In this document: piece after piece, positions 23,902 through 30,029 of the stretch | How positions within the stretch are numbered: the stretch's first letter is position 1 | Layout of the letters: each line of letters starts with the position of its first letter | IMG/VR virus record: IMGVR_UViG_3300020044_004411 | Coordinates: 1 to 30,029 of that record | Reading direction: 5' to 3' (one strand) | Length of the DNA stretch: 30,029 bases | Origin: a virus | Taxonomy: Duplodnaviria > Caudoviricetes | The notes under the pieces: model-generated | Told to the model about the DNA's origin: nothing | The model's input: the letters and a program-made list of their open reading frames with translations, nothing else | Database searches by the model: none | Position numbers and translations under genes: made by a program

Positions 23902-24380
23902 TCACGGGTCTCCTTGCAGTGTCCATATCCCAGGACTGCCATGTATCCCATGCCTCCTAAAGCGGCCAGGATCAGGACAACGCCTATCCCGGTCTCTACG
24001 GCTTGAGCAATGGCCTTCCTGCGCTTCTCGGCAGCTTCCTTCTCTTTCCGGGCGTTGTGAGCGTCATCCCGGTTCATCTGGGCCACGCGGATCTGGATGT
24101 TCTGCCAGACATCAGCATTTCCGCTTTGGAAGAAAAGCATCTTCAGCTCTTCCTCAAAAGACTTCTGCTGCATCAACTCCAGCTCGACCTGGATGGCCTG
24201 GCCCATATTTGAGCCACCCTTCTTGGCGTGATTGACCGCTTTCGTGCATTCGTGTTTTGCATCGAAGTATTTACCCAAAAGAGGGCCAAGAGACCGCACA
24301 TCATCGACGGTCTTCGAGGCCTTCTTGATTAGGTTGACCGCCGTGGATACAGCGGCCATTGCGGTCAATGGATCAATCAC
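23889..24380 (-). CDS. Phage hypothetical protein with C-terminal TM
   Basis: MIDP.TA.A N-terminus, coiled coil, one TM. Confidence 0.65.
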   Translation of the reverse strand: MIDPLTAMAAVSTAVNLIKKASKTVDDVRSLGPLLGKYFDAKHECTKAVNHAKKGGSNMGQAIQVELELMQQKSFEEELKMLFFQSGNADVWQNIQIRVAQMNRDDAHNARKEKEAAEKRRKAIAQAVETGIGVVLILAALGGMGYMAVLGYGHCKETRECGF

Positions 24381-24529
24381 AGCTTAAATGCTACAGAGAG
24401 CAAAAGAAGGATGATCGCTCCAGCACTTGCAATGAGGATCTGCTCTAGCCTTTTGAGCCGAGCATTGATCCCAAGATAGCGTTCAGCACAAACGGCTTCA
24501 TGAGTCGAGAGGCGGGCTTCCGTGTCCAT
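24377..24529 (-). CDS. Small membrane-anchored protein (50 aa, not in ORF track)
   Basis: MDTEARLSTHEAVCAERYLGINARLKRLEQILIASAGAIILLLLSVAFKL; GTGA overlap. Confidence 0.65.
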   Translation of the reverse strand: MDTEARLSTHEAVCAERYLGINARLKRLEQILIASAGAIILLLLSVAFKL

Positions 24530-24728
24530 TTTCAAGTGACTTCTTTAGCATTGAAAGGAAAGCCTCCTTCCCAACACGGAGCTGATCCATTTGGAAAGTA
24601 CACGAGGCCAGCTTGCGATCAAGATCCAGACAGTGCTCAAGAAGCATTCTCTGGTCTTGGGTGAAATTGTCGAGTTCGTACTCAACGCCGTCAACAGTCA
24701 CAGTCTGGGGGGTTTTGTTGTTGCCCAT
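24498..24728 (-). CDS. Small tail-fibre-associated hypothetical protein
   Basis: AGGAG RBS; VTVDGVEY....T..Q then coiled coil. Confidence 0.65.
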   Translation of the reverse strand: MGNNKTPQTVTVDGVEYELDNFTQDQRMLLEHCLDLDRKLASCTFQMDQLRVGKEAFLSMLKKSLENGHGSPPLDS

Positions 24729-24743
24729 TCTGATCTCCTAGTA

Positions 24744-24770
24744 CCACCGTCAAGGGCCGGTGGGATGCCC
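24744..24770 (-). promoter_or_regulatory. Hairpin or H-type pseudoknot upstream of the RBS of 24498..24728
   Basis: GGGC-ATC-CCACCG-GCCC-TTGA-CGGTGG then TACTAGGAG. Confidence 0.45.
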
Positions 24771-24772
24771 GT

Positions 24773-25069
24773 TTACCAGGGTACGCCAGTGGCTGTGGTG
24801 GGGTTCTTCTGTGCAGCGATGTTCTGAGACAGAGCAGCCTCAGTAGCAGCCTTATCCACTCCTGAGTCCCAGCACCACTGGAGCACTTCAGCCTCAGTCA
24901 CATTGGCATAAGGAATCGTAGGAGTTCCGTCAGCCCATGAGCATGTGGAGTAGATCGAAGCAGTGAACTCACCATCCACAGCCGTTGCTGTCCAGTGTGC
25001 GGTCGTTATAAAACCGTCAGAGGTCTTACGGTCACAGGTCGTGATCGTCCATGTGATTTGAGTCGTCAT
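24773..25069 (-). CDS. Tail-fibre-associated small protein
   Basis: WTI...DR...DG....AHW, IPY...TEA.VL.W, G.PW C-terminus; follows the tail fibre. Confidence 0.65.
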   Translation of the reverse strand: MTTQITWTITTCDRKTSDGFITTAHWTATAVDGEFTASIYSTCSWADGTPTIPYANVTEAEVLQWCWDSGVDKAATEAALSQNIAAQKNPTTATGVPW

Positions 25070-25083
25070 TTCAGTTTCCTTTC

Positions 25084-27315
25084 TTACTTGGTTTCGAGTT
25101 GCGCTACGCGAGCGCGGAGGTCGGTGATGAGGGCTTGCTGTTCTTGGATGGCTTTCACAAGCACGGGAATCAGGTCTTGACGCACCGACTTGTATGGTTC
25201 CTCACCTTCGGGCGCAGGGTCTTTCCACTCATCAATCAGGTCAGGGAATACCTGCTCAAACTCTTGAGCGATGAATCCACGGTCACCCTTGATGTCCTTA
25301 CCCTTACCGGACTTCCAGTCAAACTTGCGAGGCTTTAGCGCCATGACAGCGTTGAGGCCCACATCAAGGTCAACAATGTTTTCCTTAAACCGCTGGTCCG
25401 AGATGCCGCTGATGCTTGTGCTGGTGGCGTAAACAGTGCCGCCATCGGCAACATAAAAACGATACGCCGCTGCTCCGGTTGAGTACAAAGACAGTGATGC
25501 CGTTGAGTTGGTAGATGCGGCAGTAACAATTGCAATTTGCGGGTTGTCTGTGCCGTTGCCTACGGGAAGAACTTTAAGCCCCGATCCAGCGCTTGCGCTT
25601 GCATTGGTCGTCCCCACCAGCAAATCCCCCCCGCTGGTGATACGGGCGCGTTCGGTGTTGTTAGTGGCAAAAGCAATAAAACTATTTTCGTAGTTCCAAA
25701 GATACATCTCGCTGGACACGCCAAGCTGAAGCTGAAAGCCATCACTTGTTGTATATCCAGTCGTATCATCTTGAATCGCAATAATTGACGAACCAGCAGT
25801 GCCGCCTAAAACAAACTTTCTATTTGCTGTGGTCGTACCAAGTGCTAGTCGCCCACTCGCATCAAGCGTCATCGCCTGCGTGAAACTGATGGCGTTTCCT
25901 GCGGTGCCGGAGGGGGCGGTTTGCCATATGTGAGCGCCAGAGTTTTGGTAGTAGTTTGAAGCCGCAGCGGTGGTTATGTATTTCCACCCAGAGTCAAAGT
26001 AAGCGTTGGCATCAATGTAAACGGTTGGGCCAGATGCCATGAAATGACCAGCATTTGTAATCTGGAATACTTTGCCAGATGTCCCAGCACTCGGCGTCAC
26101 CCCGAGGCCGAGGTTGCCAGACTGAGTGAGTGTTGCAATTGCAGCGCCGCCACTTTCAGAAATTAACAAATTTCCAGATGTATCAGTTCCAAGATACATA
26201 TAGTTGGCTTGACCAACAGTTTGAGCCAAAGCAACGCTGTATGCGCTTCCAGCAAAGAAATAAGAACGACCGCCCGATACTTGCAACTTAGCCGCAGGCG
26301 AACTCGTCCCAATGCCCAGACCTGTAGAGGTCAGGCGCATTTGTTCGGAGCCAATAGTCCAAATAGCAGTGCCGTCAGTGCCAATGCGATACCGTTCCAC
26401 ATCAGCCGTGTAGAACGTCATTGGCAGGTAACTGCCCGTACTGTTATATGTGCTGTAAATGCCGTTTGTCGTCCCATCACTGAATAGCGCCAGTTGGCTA
26501 TCGTTGGCAGACGCAGTGAAAGCAGCGCGACCCTGAACCGTCAAAACACGAGCAGCCAAGGCAGTGCGGCCCAATGCAAGGCTACTTCCATCAAACGTCA
26601 GCGCACTCCCCGTGGTCAGCGCACTAGAAGACGATGCATACACCACACCGTTAGCGGTGAAGGAGGTCAGCCCAGTTCCACCGTTGGTGGTTGCGAGGGT
26701 TCCCGTCACGCCAGTGCTCAGAGGCAGTCCGGTGGCGTTGGTCAGAGTGACTGCAGAAGGAGTGCCCAGATTGGGGGTTGTCAGGCTTGGAGAGCTTGCG
26801 AGAACAATCCCACCAGAGCCGGTCACATTCTGACCCAGAGCGGTCTGTACGCCCGTTCCAAGAGCAGTAAGGCCCGTTCCACCATTGGCGATAGGAAGCG
26901 TTCCCGTGATGTCTGCGGTGTTGATGTCAATCGCATCCCAGGAGGTATTCGTACCATCGGTCTTGAGGTACTTCCCTGCTTGTGAGGTCTGAGACGGAGC
27001 AAGAGCGTTAAATGCTGCATTGGCCGTGGTTTGACCCGTGCCACCCTCAGAGATTTGAACCTGGTCGCCAGTAAGAGCAAAAGTCCCAGAAGCAGAGAGA
27101 TTGGTGAAAGTCCCCGCAGCAGGAGTCGTTGATCCGATTGGGCCGTTGAAGGAGTCACCAGCAGTACCGGCTTGGAAGTCCTTCAGTTGAGCCATCAGCT
27201 CACGGATGGCATCGTTGATGCCAGAGGGGGCACACCCCTCCGCAATGTTGATTCCATCAATGTCGGTGTTATTACCAGGGGTTGCGGAGAATTCTGAGAT
27301 TTTGGTCTTCGGCAT
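25084..27315 (-). CDS. Tail fibre with C-terminal intramolecular chaperone (peptidase S74)
   Basis: N-terminal anchor, NGGTG repeats, ER.RI..G.L.IGT repeats, SD.RFKENI..L, GFIAQE, L.P.LVKAIQE coiled coil. Confidence 0.9.
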   Translation of the reverse strand: MPKTKISEFSATPGNNTDIDGINIAEGCAPSGINDAIRELMAQLKDFQAGTAGDSFNGPIGSTTPAAGTFTNLSASGTFALTGDQVQISEGGTGQTTANAAFNALAPSQTSQAGKYLKTDGTNTSWDAIDINTADITGTLPIANGGTGLTALGTGVQTALGQNVTGSGGIVLASSPSLTTPNLGTPSAVTLTNATGLPLSTGVTGTLATTNGGTGLTSFTANGVVYASSSSALTTGSALTFDGSSLALGRTALAARVLTVQGRAAFTASANDSQLALFSDGTTNGIYSTYNSTGSYLPMTFYTADVERYRIGTDGTAIWTIGSEQMRLTSTGLGIGTSSPAAKLQVSGGRSYFFAGSAYSVALAQTVGQANYMYLGTDTSGNLLISESGGAAIATLTQSGNLGLGVTPSAGTSGKVFQITNAGHFMASGPTVYIDANAYFDSGWKYITTAAASNYYQNSGAHIWQTAPSGTAGNAISFTQAMTLDASGRLALGTTTANRKFVLGGTAGSSIIAIQDDTTGYTTSDGFQLQLGVSSEMYLWNYENSFIAFATNNTERARITSGGDLLVGTTNASASAGSGLKVLPVGNGTDNPQIAIVTAASTNSTASLSLYSTGAAAYRFYVADGGTVYATSTSISGISDQRFKENIVDLDVGLNAVMALKPRKFDWKSGKGKDIKGDRGFIAQEFEQVFPDLIDEWKDPAPEGEEPYKSVRQDLIPVLVKAIQEQQALITDLRARVAQLETK

Positions 27316-27318
27316 GAT

Positions 27319-29361
27319 TTATTCCTTGATTTCCAGGATTCCGTAAGCATTCAGCAGTTGAGCTAGTCCAGCCCAACGCTTTGCCGAGGTCGGCGACATT
27401 TTGCGAAGCTCTTTCAGTCTTTGGATGCCATCTGGAGATGTAATGATTTTCGCAAGATTCTCGGCATCGTTGGCAAATCTTCGCTCTGTTGCCCAGTCCG
27501 AGATCATTCGGCCCCAGTTCTGAGGCTGGATCGCTCCACCAACAGCCAAAGCAGCCATCGCCGTGGGATCTCCCTTTGCTTCAATCTTCATCTGCCTAAT
27601 GATCTCTTGATTGAAAGCTGTATCCGATCCGAGCTTTGGAACCCGACCAGCAGCTTCGAGAACATCAGCAAGATCCCGCAGGGCAGTGAACTGCTGCCGA
27701 GTCAATGCAGCCTCGAGTGCGCGTTGATTTGCGGCATTCCCGAGAAGCAAGTTCTGCCAGGTATTGCCGGTGTCGATCTTCATCCCGCGCTGAGTAGTAG
27801 AAGGCGTTTGCGCCTTTTCCCAGACTTGCTGCATATAAGCACGAGAGACTGCGCCCCATGCGTCTGGGTCAACACTCTCAATCTGCTGCTTTGCGTACCG
27901 AATCGCAGGGATTGATTTGCTTTCAAACAGCCTTCCAGCGAACTGGTTGAGGTTATCTGGAGTCATCGCGGCCAGAGAAAGGCCAGCCTTTGATTGATCG
28001 AACTGATTGATCGGTCGGCTCGCCTGCTCAAATAGCTGGTTGTATTCGAGATAAGCCGGGTTTTCTCGGCCCATCTGCTGCAGGAGGTTTTGCTTGATGT
28101 CTTGCAGTTCGCGTTGAATCGTTGCATCAAGCGATGTAACGGTCTCAGTCTTGAAAAGAGAGTCAAGATTGAATTTGACTCGCTGCAAAGCGGGAAGGCT
28201 TTTCTTCAGTGCCTTCTCTTCGATCTCTCGGCCTTCTGCATCAAGGCGAGGAGCCTTCTTCTCGTACAGGCTTTCCTTGATGCCCAGAAGAGTTTCGCGC
28301 TCTTTGCCAACTGCGTTTTTGAGCAATCCGTCAATCTGATTGACAACAGGGGTCACATCAACAGGAGCGGAAAGGTCAAAAGCCTCTTGCAGCTTTGGAG
28401 CGGTAATCAGTTCTCTTTCTTGGACAAGATTGTCTCGAGCCTTCTTCAGAGCTTCTTGACCCTTTAGACCAGCCTCAGACACATCAGAAATCGGTGAAAT
28501 CTTGGTTAGGAAGTCCTCAACCGCAGGCTGGATCTGTTGGACTTCGCGGTTCTCATAGAACTCCTTCATCGTCCGAGACGAAGCAGGAATGTTCCCAAGA
28601 ACCTTCTGCTGGCCCATCAAAGAAGCAAGATCTGTAATCTCTGCTGGGGTGAGTTGGATGCCCTGCTGCTGGGATTTGTTGAGAATGTCTCTGGCTCTCT
28701 GAACATTTAGAGTGCCCACATCCCTGACAAGGCTGCGCTCTGCCAAGGCCTTTGCGCCACCAGGAAGAGCGGCCTGGAGTCCACCGCTCAGAGCAGTCGC
28801 AAACCCAATCCGTCCCGGGCTTATTTCTTGCCCACTAATCAATTGCCTACCGGCCTCAACAGCACCAGCAGTCAGTCCAGTTGCGGCAGATGTTCCAAGC
28901 AAACCAACAGGCCCACTAAGCGCCATCGGAGCAGTCAGAGTACCAACCGCAATCTCGGGGATAGCCGCGAGAACATCAGGCGTGTAGAAGGCTGCAGTAG
29001 CGGGAGCGCCAGCCACCTCTTTGTAAAACTTCCCATCATCGCCCCTATACGCGATTTCCCCGCCGATCACGCGATAGCGATCAACGGGAATTCCTCGGCG
29101 TTGAGCAAAGATTTGAATCGCCCTGGCCTGGTCGGTTGGAATGCCAGCCATCAAAGCCGTAGATGGTTCAGCGGCCATAGAAGGCTCGCTAATCGCAGTG
29201 CGAGGAAGCATCTCCCCAATCGGCGGGAACTGACCAGTGCCAGCACGAGGAGAAATCGCCCTTCTGCCACTCGTTAATTCAGCAGCAAAGTCCACCCTTT
29301 CGGTTGGCTCTTGCCGCTTTTTACGATCAAGCAAATCAGCGGCAAAGTCGTATTCGCTCAT
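27319..29361 (-). CDS. Probable internal virion/DNA ejection protein
   Basis: 680 aa, helical, Gly/Ala-rich hydrophobic segment; upstream of the tail fibre as in podoviruses. Confidence 0.6.
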   Translation of the reverse strand: MSEYDFAADLLDRKKRQEPTERVDFAAELTSGRRAISPRAGTGQFPPIGEMLPRTAISEPSMAAEPSTALMAGIPTDQARAIQIFAQRRGIPVDRYRVIGGEIAYRGDDGKFYKEVAGAPATAAFYTPDVLAAIPEIAVGTLTAPMALSGPVGLLGTSAATGLTAGAVEAGRQLISGQEISPGRIGFATALSGGLQAALPGGAKALAERSLVRDVGTLNVQRARDILNKSQQQGIQLTPAEITDLASLMGQQKVLGNIPASSRTMKEFYENREVQQIQPAVEDFLTKISPISDVSEAGLKGQEALKKARDNLVQERELITAPKLQEAFDLSAPVDVTPVVNQIDGLLKNAVGKERETLLGIKESLYEKKAPRLDAEGREIEEKALKKSLPALQRVKFNLDSLFKTETVTSLDATIQRELQDIKQNLLQQMGRENPAYLEYNQLFEQASRPINQFDQSKAGLSLAAMTPDNLNQFAGRLFESKSIPAIRYAKQQIESVDPDAWGAVSRAYMQQVWEKAQTPSTTQRGMKIDTGNTWQNLLLGNAANQRALEAALTRQQFTALRDLADVLEAAGRVPKLGSDTAFNQEIIRQMKIEAKGDPTAMAALAVGGAIQPQNWGRMISDWATERRFANDAENLAKIITSPDGIQRLKELRKMSPTSAKRWAGLAQLLNAYGILEIKE

Positions 29362-29369
29362 GGCCTACC

Positions 29370-30029
29370 TCAGTCTGCTGTGATGCCAAACTCAGCAGAA
29401 AGCTGGCGACGAATTGCCTGACTTTGTTGCGGAGTCATATTCTTAAGATCAACTTTGTATTGTTTTGCTAGTTCTGCTGCTCGATCATTGATGAGCTTTG
29501 GCATATCTGAAAGCGAAACATCTTTGAACGATAGACCTCTGCGAAGAATGTAAGAGTTGCGAGCCTCAACCAACTTCAATTGACGCAAGGCCTCGTTCAT
29601 CTTTGATTCAAATTCAACCGGGCTATCACCATCAAACAATCCTTGTCCGGGGTCAGGAAGGGTTGATCTAATTCGAACAGCCTCGCCTTCAGACATCGCA
29701 GCACCAGTAATATCTTTAATTGTCTTATTGATATTGGTTAAAGCGTTTTGTTTGAACTGAGAAAAATCACTCAAGGTCTGGCGATCTTGAGGATTCAACC
29801 CAACACCAGCTCTATCTTTAATTGCACTCCAACTCTGAGCAATCCTAAATTTTGGCTGCAAAAACTCAGGCCTAAATTGGGCATCAATCTGGTTGTAAAG
29901 AGCCAAACGCTCGCCAGATGCTACTAGCGCGGCCTCTACATCCTTGCGAGTTCCCTTGTCAGGAGCCATCGCGCCAGGAGGATAGTTGTAAACCGTAGCA
30001 CCACCAGAGCCAGCCTTTTGAAGCTCCAA
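29370..30029 (-). CDS. 3' part of a probable internal virion/ejection protein
   Basis: Open to the window edge; GAAMS.GEA.R....LP motif. Confidence 0.55.
   Translation of the reverse strand: MELQKAGSGGATVYNYPPGAMAPDKGTRKDVEAALVASGERLALYNQIDAQFRPEFLQPKFRIAQSWSAIKDRAGVGLNPQDRQTLSDFSQFKQNALTNINKTIKDITGAAMSEGEAVRIRSTLPDPGQGLFDGDSPVEFESKMNEALRQLKLVEARNSYILRRGLSFKDVSLSDMPKLINDRAAELAKQYKVDLKNMTPQQSQAIRRQLSAEFGITAD

Noticed and set aside
25084-27315. Diversity-generating retroelement target
   Set aside because: No reverse transcriptase and no TR/VR pair differing at adenines was seen

Overview
This window holds most of the genome of a tailed dsDNA phage with a podovirus-like (P22/SU10-type) virion module and a lambdoid-style early region. 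Minus-strand late genes run from small basic proteins through an ART-like protein, TerS, TerL, portal, a 4-repeat protein, scaffold, major capsid, adaptor and tail proteins (1-11.5 kb). They continue at the other end with ejection proteins, a tail fibre with an S74 chaperone, membrane/lysis genes and a GH24 endolysin (21.8-30 kb), which suggests a circularly permuted contig. A minus-strand early/middle operon (11.5-16.4 kb) encodes a Cro-like protein, a DUF1376 replication initiator with an internal iteron-like origin, RusA, a PAPS-reductase-like PP-loop enzyme, a TGT/DpdA-like protein and a VUT/YhhQ-like transporter. A divergent plus-strand operon (16.6-21.9 kb) encodes ERF, YqaJ exonuclease, an SSB-like protein, MazG-like and many small ORFs. 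No CI repressor or integrase is visible. Highlights: (1) a candidate salvage-type 7-deazaguanine/base-exchange DNA modification module; (2) a repressor-less switch region with two structured RNAs and an unannotated secreted Cys-rich peptide; (3) a promoter-leader-terminator attenuator before the late genes; (4) an antisense HNH insertion with duplicated ends. All family names come from motif recognition and memory, not database searches.
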